Positions 1 to 10,346 of a stretch of 64,000 nt of DNA are shown piece by piece. The position numbers and the translations under genes are program-made. The DNA is from Azoarcus sp. (lineage in GTDB: Bacteria > Pseudomonadota > Gammaproteobacteria > Burkholderiales > Rhodocyclaceae): contig JAITMK010000132.1 in NCBI GenBank assembly GCA_031277415.1, positions 3,977 to 67,976 of the forward strand, read 5' to 3'. A model generated the notes under the pieces. It saw nothing but the letters and a program-made list of their open reading frames with translations, was not told where the DNA came from and searched no databases. How positions within the stretch are numbered: the stretch's first letter is position 1; each line of letters opens with the position of its first letter.

Positions 1-570
1 GCCCAACGGCCCGAATCGAGGATGCTGGAGCTTGCGCACCGGCTCGACCGTGAAACGTCCGGCTTGCTGATCGTGGCAAAGAAGCGTTCGGCGCTGACCG
101 CGTTGCACGACATGATGCGCAAGGGGTACATGGAGAAGCACTACCTTACTCTCGTCGCCGGTCAATGGCCCAACCCGCTGCAACATGTGCGCGCGCCGTT
201 GCTCAAATATCTCACTGAAGAGGGAGAACGTCGCGTCAGGGTAAGTGAATTGGGAAAACCGGCGCACAGTATCGTGCGTCTGATCAAACGCTGGCGGCAC
301 TTCAGCCTGCTCGACGTCGAACTGAAAACGGGGCGTACCCATCAGATACGGGTACATCTTTCCCACCTCGGGTTTCCGATTGCGGGTGACGACAAATACG
401 GAGATTTCACGCTCAATCGGATGCTCGGGGGTGATGGATTGCGCCGGATGTTCCTGCATGCCACGAAGCTTGTTTTTGAGCATCCGGTAAAAGGCGGGAA
501 GTTGGTGTTCGAGGTGCCGCTGCCTGCGGAATTGCAGGATTTTGCCGCACGGCTCGATGAATGGAGATAG
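1..570 (+). CDS. rluC: 23S rRNA pseudouridine synthase, RluA/C/D family (5' end outside window)
   Basis: HRLDRETSG catalytic motif, GRTHQIRVH and GDDKYG motifs; proximity to maf favours RluC. Confidence 0.85.
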   Translation, partial: AQRPESRMLELAHRLDRETSGLLIVAKKRSALTALHDMMRKGYMEKHYLTLVAGQWPNPLQHVRAPLLKYLTEEGERRVRVSELGKPAHSIVRLIKRWRHFSLLDVELKTGRTHQIRVHLSHLGFPIAGDDKYGDFTLNRMLGGDGLRRMFLHATKLVFEHPVKGGKLVFEVPLPAELQDFAARLDEWR

Positions 571-577
571 ACCGAGG

Positions 578-1303
578 TCAGGCCAACAGCAAAAACAGCG
601 CCGGGCGTTTTGCAAGCATGGGCAGCGATGTTTTGCGCCAGTCGGCAATGGCGAGAGTGCGCAGGTATTCATCGGCGCTGCCAAGGTCGCGCGCAACGCA
701 CAGGCGGGTAGACGGTCGGCAAACGCGAAGCAAGGCGGCGAACAGGTGTTCGTTGCGGTAGGGCGTTTCGATGAAAATTTGCGTGCGATTAAGTTGCCGG
801 GACTCATTCTCAAGCGCACGCAGATGACGGTCACGGGCGTCCTTTGCGGACGGCAGGTAGCCGTGAAAGGCAAAGTTCTGGCCGTTGAGGCCCGAACCCA
901 TCAGGCCGAGCAGAATGGACGACGGGCCGACCAGCGGAACGACGCGCACGCCAAGGGCGTGGGCGCGGGCAACGAGCCGCGCGCCGGGATCGGCAACCGC
1001 CGGGCAACCGGCGTCCGACATCAGGCCGACGTCTTCGCCGTCGAGTGCCGGGGCAAGCAGGGCATCCAACGCATGATCGCCGCCTTCAGCAGGTAACTCG
1101 CGGATATCGGTGTCGCGCAGCACGCCGGGAAAGTCGATACGTTTCAGGTGGGCGCGGGCGGTACGGGCGTTTTCGACCACGAAATGACGAATATTGACGG
1201 CGCGGGACTGCGCTGCGGCAGGAAGAAAATCCGTCCAGGGCGCCTCTCCCAGACTGGCGGGAATGAGCACGAGATCGCCGTTGCCCGCGTTTGGCGCGTT
1301 CAT
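578..1303 (-). CDS. RsmI-like SAM-dependent (tetrapyrrole methylase family) methyltransferase
   Basis: SDAGCPAVADPG, VVPLVGPSSILL, FAFHGYLP and IFIETPYRN motifs. Confidence 0.85.
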   Translation of the reverse strand: MNAPNAGNGDLVLIPASLGEAPWTDFLPAAAQSRAVNIRHFVVENARTARAHLKRIDFPGVLRDTDIRELPAEGGDHALDALLAPALDGEDVGLMSDAGCPAVADPGARLVARAHALGVRVVPLVGPSSILLGLMGSGLNGQNFAFHGYLPSAKDARDRHLRALENESRQLNRTQIFIETPYRNEHLFAALLRVCRPSTRLCVARDLGSADEYLRTLAIADWRKTSLPMLAKRPALFLLLA

Positions 1304-1893
1304 GGCAATGGCACGCCTGCCGCGCGAAGCATGCGGGCAAGCGCAATCAGGGGCAATCCGATGAGCGCGGTGGGATCATCGCCCGAGAGCGCGTCGAGCA
1401 GCGCGATGCCCAACCCTTCGCACTTGGCGCTGCCCGCACAATCGAGCGCCGGTTCGCGTTCGAGGTAACGGCGGATTTCAAGTTCGCTCAGAGAGCGGAA
1501 ACGCACGCGGGTGAGGATGTTTTCGCACTGTTCATGCCCGTTGCGCCCGTCGATGAGGGCGACGGCGGTATGGAAGAGCACTTCCTGCCCGCTCATGCGC
1601 TGTAATTGGGCAACCGCGTTTTCAATCGAACCCGGTTTGCCGAAAATTTCCGCACCAAGGGCGGCGACCTGGTCGCTGCCGATGACGAGATCACCCGGCC
1701 GCGGCCCAGAGACATTACGCGCCTTGGCAAGCGCCAGCCGTTGGGCGAGACGTTCGGGAGCCTCGCCGGGCAGGCGAGTTTCGTCGACTTGCGGGCTGGA
1801 CGTCTCGAAAGGCAGTCCGAGGCGTTCGAGCAACTGACGGCGATAGATCGAGGTCGAAGCGAGAACGAGACAGGGAGGAGAAGATGAGTTCAT
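1300..1893 (-). CDS. maf: Maf/YceF family nucleotide pyrophosphatase
   Basis: LVLASTSIYRRQLL, LVIGSDQ, LIGLPL motifs; start moved to ATG 1893. Confidence 0.9.
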   Translation of the reverse strand: MNSSSPPCLVLASTSIYRRQLLERLGLPFETSSPQVDETRLPGEAPERLAQRLALAKARNVSGPRPGDLVIGSDQVAALGAEIFGKPGSIENAVAQLQRMSGQEVLFHTAVALIDGRNGHEQCENILTRVRFRSLSELEIRRYLEREPALDCAGSAKCEGLGIALLDALSGDDPTALIGLPLIALARMLRAAGVPLP

Positions 1894-1903
1894 GCCGGAT
1901 GCG

Positions 1904-1951
1904 AAGAAAAAAACCGCTGCCGGTCGCAATGACCCGTCCGGCAGCGGTTTT
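1904..1951 (-). terminator. Intrinsic terminator downstream of the peroxidase gene
   Basis: AAAACCGCTGCCGG (1910-1923) / CCGGCAGCGGTTTT (1938-1951) inverted repeat with T-run on minus strand. Confidence 0.75.
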
Positions 1952-1966
1952 GTGAGTTCGAGGCGG

Positions 1967-3010
1967 TTAATTGAACGGCTTGGGTTGTGGCGTATTGTTT
2001 TGTGAAGGCGGCAGAATCGGCAGTTGCAGCTTGGGCTGATCGCCGGTCAGGGTCTTCAGGAACGCAACGATCTGCGCCACTTCTTCCGGAGTGTACTTCT
2101 TGGCCAGTTGCAGGCGGCCCATCAGATCCACGGCTTCTTCCAGCGTTTTGGCTACGCCATCGTGGAAGTAGGGATAGGTCAGTTCGACGTTGCGCAAGGT
2201 CGGCACCTTGAAGAAGAAGCGATCCGCGTCTTCCTTGGTCACACCGGCACGGCCAATCTCGGGACTGTTGGTCTTGTACGGCTCAAAAACGCCCATTTTC
2301 TGGAACGAATTGCCGCCAACCGCTTCACCGTTATGGCAGGCAACGCAACCACTGCTCTTGAACAATTCGTAGCCTTTGAGTTCCTCGGCGGTAATAGCTT
2401 TCTTGTTGCCTTTCAGCCATTGGTCGAAGCGTGAATTGGGCGTTACCAGCGTTTTTTCAAACTCGGCAATCGCGTCGGTCACCAACTGCATATCCAGCTT
2501 CTTGTTGCCGTAAACCTTGGCAAACTCCGCACGGTATTGCGGAATCGAGTTCAGCACTTCGAGGGTCAATTCGTGCGTGAAAGCCATTTCCTTCGGATTG
2601 GCAATCGGACCGGCTGCCTGTTCCTGAAGGTCCTTGGCGCGGCCATCCCAGAATTGAACGAAACTCAGGCTGGAATTCAAGACCGTCGGCGAATTGATCG
2701 GGCCTTGCTGCCAACGGTCGCCGATCGATGTCGGCAGGTTGTCCGATCCGCCCATGCTCAAATTGTGGCAAGAGTTACAGGAGATGAACCCCGATTTGGA
2801 CAGACGGGGATCAAAAAACAGTTTTTTCCCAAGTTCAACCTTGCCCGGATTGGTGACCTTGGCCGGAGTAATCGGCTGGATCGGTTCGTTTTTGCCTTGT
2901 GCCGCAACACTGGTTGCGCCTGCAATACCCGTCACCATGATAGCAGCCGTTATGACACTACGGAATGTTCGGGAAGTCCGGATAGATATTGATGTTGATG
3001 TTTTGTTCAC
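1967..3010 (-). CDS. ccpA: Di-heme cytochrome c peroxidase (CcpA family), exported
   Basis: Two CxxCH motifs (CNSCH, CVACH), QFWDGRA, FKVPTLRNVELTYPYFHDG; N-terminal signal peptide. Confidence 0.95.
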   Translation of the reverse strand: MNKTSTSISIRTSRTFRSVITAAIMVTGIAGATSVAAQGKNEPIQPITPAKVTNPGKVELGKKLFFDPRLSKSGFISCNSCHNLSMGGSDNLPTSIGDRWQQGPINSPTVLNSSLSFVQFWDGRAKDLQEQAAGPIANPKEMAFTHELTLEVLNSIPQYRAEFAKVYGNKKLDMQLVTDAIAEFEKTLVTPNSRFDQWLKGNKKAITAEELKGYELFKSSGCVACHNGEAVGGNSFQKMGVFEPYKTNSPEIGRAGVTKEDADRFFFKVPTLRNVELTYPYFHDGVAKTLEEAVDLMGRLQLAKKYTPEEVAQIVAFLKTLTGDQPKLQLPILPPSQNNTPQPKPFN

Positions 3011-3265
3011 GGAAAGTCTCCAAAATAGTTATAAATCCAAGGCTGCCCGTCTTTTTGCACACCGTCCGCTGGCCTGCAAAAGCAACCTTGTCACCCCCGG
3101 ATTCGGCGGAGACGGGGTATGTGATATTCGTTCTATTGTTGCAGTGTGTCAAGACATTGACAAACATTTAAAATAGCGGATCTGGTGACGTCCCGCCCGC
3201 GTGAGAGACTTTTTTGTTCTCTCCTGTACCATTCATATTTTCTCCAACGATCACTTGAGAACATC

Positions 3266-4177
3266 ATGAAAACTTTGCGAATGGCAGTAGTAGGTTACGG
3301 CAACATCGGCCGCTATGCGGTTGAAGCGGTACAGGCGGCGCCGGACATGGAACTGGCCGGAGTCATCCGGCGCTCGGCAAAGCTCTCGCCGGAGGAAGCG
3401 AAAAATCTGGCCGGGATCGAGATCGTCACCGATGTCGGCATGCTGGGTCAGGTCGATGTGGCGCTGCTGTGCGGCCCGACCCGCAGCATCCCGGAAACCG
3501 CGCCGCAATATCTGACTCGCGGCATCCACACGGTCGACAGCTTCGACATTCACGGCGAAAAACTCTGGCAACTGCGCTCGACCCTGGATGCCATCGGTAA
3601 AGAACACGGCAGCGTCGCGGTCGTCTCTGCCGGATGGGATCCCGGCAGCGATTCGCTGTTGCGCGCGCTTCTGTTGGCAATGGCGCCCAAGGGTCTGACC
3701 TACACCAATTTCGGCCCCGGCATGAGCATGGGGCATTCCGTCTGCGCAAAATCGAAGCCGGGCGTCAGGGATGCGCTGTCAATGACGATTCCCACCGGCA
3801 CCGGCGTGCATCGGCGCATGGTCTACGTCGAACTCGAACCCGGCGCGGAACTGGCGCAGGTCGCGGCGGCCATCAAGGAAGACGAGTATTTCGCCCACGA
3901 CGATACCCGCGTCTTCGCCGTGCCGAGCATCGATGAACTTAAGGACGTCGGCCACGGCGTACTGATGGAGCGCAAGGGTGTCAGCGGCAGCACACACAAT
4001 CAGACGTTCGAATTCCGCATGAGCATCAACAATCCCGCGCTCACCTCGCAGATCATGGTTTCCTGCGCCCGCGCCGCAGCGCTGCGGCTCGCCCCCGGCG
4101 CCTACACGATGCCGGAAATCGCGCCGATGGATATGCTGCCCGGCGACCGGGAAATGTTGGTCAAGACGTTGGTGTGA
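3266..4177 (+). CDS. ddh: meso-diaminopimelate D-dehydrogenase
   Basis: VVGYGNIG Rossmann motif, TVDSFDIH, SAGWDPG, FGPGMSMGHS, HRRMVYVEL, DVGHGV. Confidence 0.9.
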   Translation: MKTLRMAVVGYGNIGRYAVEAVQAAPDMELAGVIRRSAKLSPEEAKNLAGIEIVTDVGMLGQVDVALLCGPTRSIPETAPQYLTRGIHTVDSFDIHGEKLWQLRSTLDAIGKEHGSVAVVSAGWDPGSDSLLRALLLAMAPKGLTYTNFGPGMSMGHSVCAKSKPGVRDALSMTIPTGTGVHRRMVYVELEPGAELAQVAAAIKEDEYFAHDDTRVFAVPSIDELKDVGHGVLMERKGVSGSTHNQTFEFRMSINNPALTSQIMVSCARAAALRLAPGAYTMPEIAPMDMLPGDREMLVKTLV

Positions 4178-4329
4178 TTGTTTGGACGAAAACCGTGCTG
4201 GTGGGGCCGTGCAGACGCTGGAAACATCGGGGATGCAGGGGCTTTCGAGGAAAAACGCCCTTGCTTCTCCCCTTACGCAAGTTTTTTTGTATGAAGCTCA
4301 ATTGAAACATTTTACATAGGCAACCCATC

Positions 4330-5754
4330 ATGGATTTTTTTTCCATCATTGTGAACATTTTCGTCGCTATTGCATTGATATTCGCAGTTGTTGTTTTTAT
4401 TTCGCCTAAAATCCTGATCAAATTTTGCGCGGCGCGCGCAGAAGCACTCGGCAAGAAGATCCAAGCCCAGGAAATTGCCCAGGAAAACAAGGAAGCTATC
4501 GCCGCCTTCGACAACATCATCCACGGTTTTGATAACGACGATTCGCCCAACGCGCGCAAACAGGTCGTAGAAGCGCTTTTCCACAAGGCCTTTTGCCTGG
4601 AGGAACTGGACAAAATCGAAGAAGCAATTGCCGTCTTTGACGACATTGACCGCCGTTTCGGCAGCGATGATTTGCCCGATGTGCGCGAATGGGTCGTAAT
4701 GGCACTCATTGGCAAGAACCTTGCCTTGGAAAAACAGGGCAAGACCGAGGAAGCGTCCACCGTCCATGACGACATTGACCGCCGCTTCGGCGGTGATTCG
4801 TCCGATGTGCGCGAAAAAGCTGCGAAAATTCTCACCACCAAGGGCGCTGCCTTGTTGAAACAATACAAGACCGGGGAAGCAATTGCTGTCTTTGACGACA
4901 CCGTCCGCCGCTTTGGCAGCGATGATTTGCCCGGTGTGCGCGGATGGGTCGCAAACGCACTCATCAATAAAAGCATTGCCTTAATGGAACAAGACAAGGC
5001 CGAGGAAGCAATCGCTGTCTACAACGACATTGATCGTCGTTTCGGTAGCGACGATTCGCCCGACGTGCGCGAACAGGTCGTGAGGGCACTCTGCGGCAAA
5101 GGATTTATTCTGGGAAAACAGGATAAGACCGAAGAGGCAATTGCCGTCTATGACGACGTCGACCGCCGTTTCGGCAGCAACGATTCGTCCAATATACGCG
5201 AATGGGTCGCAAATATGCTCACCGCCAAAGGCAGTATTCTGGGGGAACAAGGCAAGATCGCAGAAGCAATTGCCGTCTGTGACGACATAATCCGCCGTTT
5301 TGATGGCGACGATTCGCCCGACGTGCGCGCATGCATCGCAAGAGCGCTCGCCGCCAAAGGCGGCACCCTGGCAAAACAGGACAAAACCGAGGAAGCAATT
5401 GCCGCCTATGACAACATAATTTGTCGTTTTAATACCGACGATTCGCCCGAAATGCGTGAGTACATCGCAAATGCACTCGCCGCCAAAGGCGTTATCCTGG
5501 GGGGACAAGGTAAGATCGAAGAAGCAATTGCCCTCTGTGACGAAATCGACCGCCGTTTCGGCAACGATGATTCGCCCGTCGTGCGCGAACAAGTCGCAAT
5601 GACACTCACCACCAAGGCCATTTACCTGGAGAACCGGGGAAAGACGTCGGAAGCAAAGGCCGTCTATGACAGCATCTACCGCCGCTTCTGCAACGACGAT
5701 TCTCCCGACGTGCAAGAATTCGTCGAGATAGCATTTGCAGCTTTAAACCGGTAA
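4330..5754 (+). CDS. Membrane-anchored TPR-like repeat protein
   Basis: N-terminal hydrophobic helix then about 10 repeats of EEAIAVYDDIDRRFGSDDSPDVRE. Confidence 0.8.
   Translation: MDFFSIIVNIFVAIALIFAVVVFISPKILIKFCAARAEALGKKIQAQEIAQENKEAIAAFDNIIHGFDNDDSPNARKQVVEALFHKAFCLEELDKIEEAIAVFDDIDRRFGSDDLPDVREWVVMALIGKNLALEKQGKTEEASTVHDDIDRRFGGDSSDVREKAAKILTTKGAALLKQYKTGEAIAVFDDTVRRFGSDDLPGVRGWVANALINKSIALMEQDKAEEAIAVYNDIDRRFGSDDSPDVREQVVRALCGKGFILGKQDKTEEAIAVYDDVDRRFGSNDSSNIREWVANMLTAKGSILGEQGKIAEAIAVCDDIIRRFDGDDSPDVRACIARALAAKGGTLAKQDKTEEAIAAYDNIICRFNTDDSPEMREYIANALAAKGVILGGQGKIEEAIALCDEIDRRFGNDDSPVVREQVAMTLTTKAIYLENRGKTSEAKAVYDSIYRRFCNDDSPDVQEFVEIAFAALNR
4489..5751 (+). repeat. About ten 129-bp (43-aa) coding tandem repeats
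   Basis: Recurrent GAAGCAATTGCCGTC...GACCGCCG(T/C)TTCGGC...GATTCGCCCGA(C/T)GTGCGCGAA; one unit is 42 aa. Confidence 0.85.
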
Positions 5755-5759
5755 TCACA

Positions 5760-6278
5760 ATGAGACGGATGAGAACAATACTGCTTGTTTTTCTGCTGGG
5801 TTTGTTTTGCAGAAACGCGTTGGCGTCGTCCGATATAGAACTTGCCAACATTGTTCGCAATGCGATGATTGAACGATTACTGGATGGCGACAGCACAAGG
5901 CTGAAGCAGGAAACTCCTGTTGAGGGTGCGTTTGTCAGGGAAATTGCTCCTGAACGACTCGGTTCCAATATCGTAAATTCTGCCTTCAAGGTTACAGGGA
6001 CAAAGTTTGAATTTGAATCATCGGAGCATGATATTCCTCAACATTTGTCTCACGTAGTCGTATGGATTTTTTCCTATCACGATAACAAGTCAGCCTTTCG
6101 CAATGCAAAATCCATCCGAAGTTTTTGTAAAAATGGTAATTGTTTCAAATCGAAAATATTGACTATTTTTTCATCTACCATCGTGGAAAATAAAATAGTG
6201 ATCGTTTTTACGGAAAATTCCGGAAACGAAAACGTTGTTTCTTTCATCAAGTCTGCGCCAGGACTCTTTGAGAAATAG
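5760..6278 (+). CDS. Hypothetical exported protein (AT-rich)
   Basis: Signal-peptide-like N-terminus (ILLVFLLGLFCRNALA); no family recognised. Confidence 0.6.
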   Translation: MRRMRTILLVFLLGLFCRNALASSDIELANIVRNAMIERLLDGDSTRLKQETPVEGAFVREIAPERLGSNIVNSAFKVTGTKFEFESSEHDIPQHLSHVVVWIFSYHDNKSAFRNAKSIRSFCKNGNCFKSKILTIFSSTIVENKIVIVFTENSGNENVVSFIKSAPGLFEK

Positions 6279-6330
6279 CCCGCACAAGTTGGGGTGGCGA
6301 AGGAATTTCAACGTTTTTGTGGTTAGTTGG

Positions 6331-6364
6331 ATGTTGGGATTCGCTTCGCTCGTCCCAACCTACG
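6331..6364 (-). repeat. REP-like palindrome (GTAG type)
   Basis: Minus strand GTAGGTTGGGACGAGCGAAGCGAATCCCAACA between convergent genes. Confidence 0.6.
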
Positions 6365-6371
6365 GCTCAAA

Positions 6372-6908
6372 TCATAAACCACCATCAACAGTAATAATTC
6401 CACTTCTAGAACATAGAAGCTCTTCAGTTTCCATTTTTATCAACTTTGCCTGCTTCACATCAATTCGCCACGCGAATTGCACAGGCGACATATCCCCCAC
6501 CCCCTTTCCATTTCCATTTCTTTCGAATACTCCAATAACCTCCTCTTCCATATTCTCTCCTCGAAGACTACAAAAGCCAATGAATTGCGGGCTTTGTTTT
6601 GAATGATCTGGAAATTTCAAAACATCCCTGACAAACCCACTATTATTCACAAGCATCACGTATTCATCGCCACATATTCGCCACGTAATAAGAGAAACAT
6701 CGTCGGAAACTCTAGTTCCACCTAAATCTTTCAGTCCCAAATCTTTATGTCTTTCCTCTATGATGACAACACGTTCGTTTGGTATCGTCCGTTTCAAAAG
6801 TGCTTTACGCACGTCAGACCCACACCGCACAGCACTGAAAGCGTCTGCTGCATATACCCCCGTGTTACAAGAAAACATCAACAGGACAACAAATAGTCCC
6901 TTCAACAT
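6372..6908 (-). CDS. Hypothetical exported protein
   Basis: AGGAGG RBS before ATG 6908; signal peptide ending VYA-A. Confidence 0.65.
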   Translation of the reverse strand: MLKGLFVVLLMFSCNTGVYAADAFSAVRCGSDVRKALLKRTIPNERVVIIEERHKDLGLKDLGGTRVSDDVSLITWRICGDEYVMLVNNSGFVRDVLKFPDHSKQSPQFIGFCSLRGENMEEEVIGVFERNGNGKGVGDMSPVQFAWRIDVKQAKLIKMETEELLCSRSGIITVDGGL

Positions 6909-6934
6909 GCTAACGCCCTCCTGAGTGATGGTTT

Positions 6935-9616
6935 TCACCCCTTCCCAAACCTCAACTCCCCTCCTTCAAACGTCACGCGAATCACATCCTTCGCCAGAAA
7001 CCGGCCTTCGAGTATGGCTTTGGCGAGGGGGTTTTCCAGTTTTTCCTGAATTGCGCGCTTCAGCGGGCGGGCGCCGAAAACCGGATCGAATCCCGCTTTG
7101 GCGAGTTCCGCCAATGCCGCATCATCGACTTCGAGCCGCATGTCGAGCCGCGTCAGACGCTGTTCCAGGTGTTGCAGTTGAATTTTGGCAATCCCGGCGA
7201 TATGCGCTTCGTCGAGGGCGTGGAAAACGACGATTTCGTCGATGCGGTTGATAAATTCGGGGCGGAAGGACGCCTTCACTTCATCCATGACCGCCCGTTT
7301 GATGAGGTCGTCACCCCCGCCCGCCCGCCGGGCCGCCCCAAGGGCGGGCGCGCCCCCTTGGGGAGCAGCGAATTCGGCAGAGCCGGATGAGCGTGGGGGC
7401 TCACCCCCCCCTGTCATCTGCTGAATCATCTGGCTGCCGAGGTTGGACGTCATGACGATCACCGTGTTCTTGAAGTCCACGGTGCGTCCCTGCCCGTCGG
7501 TCATGCGGCCATCGTCGAGGACTTGCAGCAGGACGTTGAACACGTCGGGATGCGCTTTTTCCACTTCGTCGAACAGAATCACGCTGTAGGGTTTGCGCCG
7601 CACCTGTTCGGTCAGGTAGCCGCCTTCTTCATAACCAACGTAACCCGGGGGCGCGCCAATGAGGCGGGCGACAGAGTGTTTCTCCATGAATTCGCTCATG
7701 TCGACGCGAATCAGATGCTCCCCGGAATCGAACAGAAAACTCGCCAGCGCCTTGCAAAGCTCCGTTTTGCCCACGCCGGTCGGCCCCAGGAACAGGAAAG
7801 AACCGTAGGGCCGGTTTTCGTCGGAAAGTCCGGCGCGCGAACGGCGGATGGCGTCCGAGACGAGCCGCACGGCTTCGTCCTGCCCGACGACACGCTCATG
7901 CAGACGCTCTTCCATCTTGAGCAGTTTTTCGCGCTCGCCCTGCATCATCCTGGAAACCGGAATGCCCGTGGCGCGGCTGACAACTTCGGCGATTTCTTCC
8001 GCGCCGACCTGGGTGCGCAGCAGCCGGTTCTGCTTTGATGCGCCGCCTTCATCACCATCCATTTTTTCGGCAGCTTTCAGTTGCGCTTCGAGCCTCGGCA
8101 ATTCGCCGTATTGCAGTTCAGCGAGTTTATCGAACTGACCTTTGCGCTGGAATTCGGCCATGCGCACCTTGAGATGGTCGATTTCCTCCTTGATGTGCCG
8201 GGCTCCGTGCAGTTGGGCTTTTTCGGCTTTCCAGACTTCTTCGAGATCGGAGTACTCCTTCTCCAGCCGGGCAATTTCCGCTTCGATCAGGGAAAGGCGC
8301 TTTTGCGAGGCTTCGTCCTTTTCTTTCTTGACCGCTTCGCGTTCGATTTTGAGCTGGATGAGGCGGCGGTCGAGTTTGTCCATGACTTCGGGCTTGGAGT
8401 CGATTTCCATCTTGATCCGCGCCGCCGCTTCGTCGATGAGGTCGATGGCCTTGTCGGGTAAAAAACGGTCGGTGATGTAACGGTTTGAGAGTTCGGAAGC
8501 CGCAACGATGGCCGGGTCGGTGATTTCCACCCCATGATGGATTTCGTATTTCTCCTGCAAACCGCGCAGGATGGCAATAGTCGCCTCGACCGTCGGCTCT
8601 TCGATCAGCACCTTCTGGAAACGGCGTTCCAGTGCCGCATCCTTTTCGATGTATTTGCGGTATTCGTCCAGCGTCGTCGCGCCGATGCAGTGCAAATCGC
8701 CCCGCGCTAGCGCCGGTTTGAGCATGTTGCCGGCGTCGATGGCCCCCTCGGCCTTGCCCGCGCCGACCATCGTATGCAATTCATCGATGAAGAGAATGAT
8801 GCGGCCTTCCTCGCGGGTGATTTCTTTCAGCACCGCTTTTAGACGCTCTTCAAATTCGCCCCGATACTTGGCCCCGGCGAGCAGCGCCGCCATGTCGAGC
8901 GCAAGCACCCGTTTTCCCTTGAGCGTTTCGGGAATCTCCTCGTTGACGATGCGCTGCGCAAGACCTTCGACGATGGCCGTCTTGCCAACGCCGGGTTCGC
9001 CGATCAGCACGGGATTGTTCTTGGAACGCCGCTGAAGAATCTGAATGGCGCGGCGGATTTCATCGTCACGCCCAATCACGGGATCGAGTTTGCCCATGCG
9101 CGCGCGCTCGGTGAGATCCATGCAATATTTCGATAGCGCCTCGCGCTGCCCTTCGCCTTCCTGGTTGTCGACCGCCGCCCCCCCGCGCACGGCATCGATG
9201 GCCGCTTCCAGCGCCTTGCGGTTCAGGCCATATTCGCGCAGCAAGCGCCCGGTTTCGCCTTTGTCCTCGACAAGCGCGAGCAGGAACATTTCACTGGCGA
9301 TGAACTGGTCGCCGCGTTTTTGCGCTTCGCGGTCGGTGAGATTGAGTAGCCCCCCAAGATCGCGCCCGACGGTCACGTTACCGCCGTGACCTTCGACTTT
9401 CGGCAGGTTTTCGAGCGCGCGGGCAAGCGCCGCTCTCAAGGGTTGCACGTTGACGCCCGCGCGCTGCAACAGCGATACCGTGCTGCCGTCTTCCTGTTCG
9501 AGCAGGGCCAGCAGCAAGTGCTGGGGTTCGATGAACTGCTGGTCGTTACCGACCGCCAGACTTTGCGCGTCGGCAAGCGCCTTCTGGAACCGGGTGGTGA
9601 GTTTGTCGAGTCGCAT
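6935..9616 (-). CDS. clpB: ClpB chaperone
   Basis: Start [11 protein letters not shown]; GEPGVGKT and GPTGVGKT Walker A motifs, middle coiled-coil, GARPLKR. Confidence 0.97.
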   Translation of the reverse strand: MRLDKLTTRFQKALADAQSLAVGNDQQFIEPQHLLLALLEQEDGSTVSLLQRAGVNVQPLRAALARALENLPKVEGHGGNVTVGRDLGGLLNLTDREAQKRGDQFIASEMFLLALVEDKGETGRLLREYGLNRKALEAAIDAVRGGAAVDNQEGEGQREALSKYCMDLTERARMGKLDPVIGRDDEIRRAIQILQRRSKNNPVLIGEPGVGKTAIVEGLAQRIVNEEIPETLKGKRVLALDMAALLAGAKYRGEFEERLKAVLKEITREEGRIILFIDELHTMVGAGKAEGAIDAGNMLKPALARGDLHCIGATTLDEYRKYIEKDAALERRFQKVLIEEPTVEATIAILRGLQEKYEIHHGVEITDPAIVAASELSNRYITDRFLPDKAIDLIDEAAARIKMEIDSKPEVMDKLDRRLIQLKIEREAVKKEKDEASQKRLSLIEAEIARLEKEYSDLEEVWKAEKAQLHGARHIKEEIDHLKVRMAEFQRKGQFDKLAELQYGELPRLEAQLKAAEKMDGDEGGASKQNRLLRTQVGAEEIAEVVSRATGIPVSRMMQGEREKLLKMEERLHERVVGQDEAVRLVSDAIRRSRAGLSDENRPYGSFLFLGPTGVGKTELCKALASFLFDSGEHLIRVDMSEFMEKHSVARLIGAPPGYVGYEEGGYLTEQVRRKPYSVILFDEVEKAHPDVFNVLLQVLDDGRMTDGQGRTVDFKNTVIVMTSNLGSQMIQQMTGGGEPPRSSGSAEFAAPQGGAPALGAARRAGGGDDLIKRAVMDEVKASFRPEFINRIDEIVVFHALDEAHIAGIAKIQLQHLEQRLTRLDMRLEVDDAALAELAKAGFDPVFGARPLKRAIQEKLENPLAKAILEGRFLAKDVIRVTFEGGELRFGKG
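7314..7411. repeat. GC-rich palindromic repeat-like element inserted in frame in clpB
   Basis: CCGCCGGGCCGCCCCAAGGGCGGGCGCGCCCCCTTGGGGAGCAGCGAA...GAGCGTGGGGG encodes a low-complexity ~30-aa insertion in NBD2. Confidence 0.55.
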
Positions 9617-9677
9617 GGTGAAAATCCTGTGTAAAAACCGGAAAACGTCTGCCAGACAAATTGGCCGAATGGCCTTT

Positions 9678-9706
9678 ATGTGGGGGAGGAAGCATTCGGC
9701 TTCAAG
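9678..9706 (-). promoter_or_regulatory. sigma32 (RpoH)-type promoter of clpB
   Basis: Minus strand CTTGAA-N14-CCCCCACAT, close to the sigma32 consensus. Confidence 0.7.
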
Positions 9707-9833
9707 AGGAAATCGCCTGCGTGACGAATTACCGTCACACATGCCCAACCTGTCTTTTGATGTGACATAGGTCGTTCCTCCCTTACCCCGGATCAAACAG
9801 AATCCCAAGCAACATCTTCGTAAATACAGGGCC

Positions 9834-10346
9834 ATGAACCAGATGCCCGATCCCCCTGTAACACGCACTCGACAGATCGGAGTCAGCCTGATCGAAGTGC
9901 TTGTTTCCGTTTTCGTGCTCGCCTTCGGCATCCTCGGCATTGCTGCCATGCAGGCCGGGGCATTGCGAAACAACCAGGGCGCGTTCGAGCAGAGCGCTGC
10001 CGTTTTTATCGCGCACTCCATTCTCGACGCCATGCGCGCCAGCATGGTGCACGACTCTGAGAACCCCGGCAGGCTGATCGTCCGCCAGGGCTATGCGACG
10101 GGTAATTTAATTTGCCAGGACAGCCAGATTTCCAGTACCGACACCCTCGTCGCAAACGATCTCAAACGCTGGCTCAAAAATATCCGCGACAACCTGAACG
10201 GCGGCGTGGCCGATGACAACGCCTGCGGCAAGATCGTATGCGACGTGGGCGACCCCAATCTCTGCACGGTATCGGTTCAGTGGAACAACAGCCGCTCCCT
10301 GGGCGGAAATGCGGCGCAGGTCGTGGAAACACGGAGCCGACTATGA
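9834..10346 (+). CDS. pilV: Type IV minor pilin PilV
   Basis: Class III signal G|[24 protein letters not shown]; C-terminal CTVSVQW. Confidence 0.9.
   Translation: MNQMPDPPVTRTRQIGVSLIEVLVSVFVLAFGILGIAAMQAGALRNNQGAFEQSAAVFIAHSILDAMRASMVHDSENPGRLIVRQGYATGNLICQDSQISSTDTLVANDLKRWLKNIRDNLNGGVADDNACGKIVCDVGDPNLCTVSVQWNNSRSLGGNAAQVVETRSRL

Noticed and set aside
3147-3162. FNR box upstream of the peroxidase
   Set aside because: Palindrome is TGTCAA-N4-TTGACA, not TTGAT-N4-ATCAA; no well-spaced -10 found
4489-5751. CRISPR array from the periodic repeats (also 16600-17480)
   Set aside because: Repeats are in-frame coding units (129 bp and 108 bp) without unique spacers
9617-10045. 1036-aa ClpB as given in the ORF track
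   Set aside because: Extension overlaps pilV and the sigma32 promoter; the true start is MRLDKL at 9616
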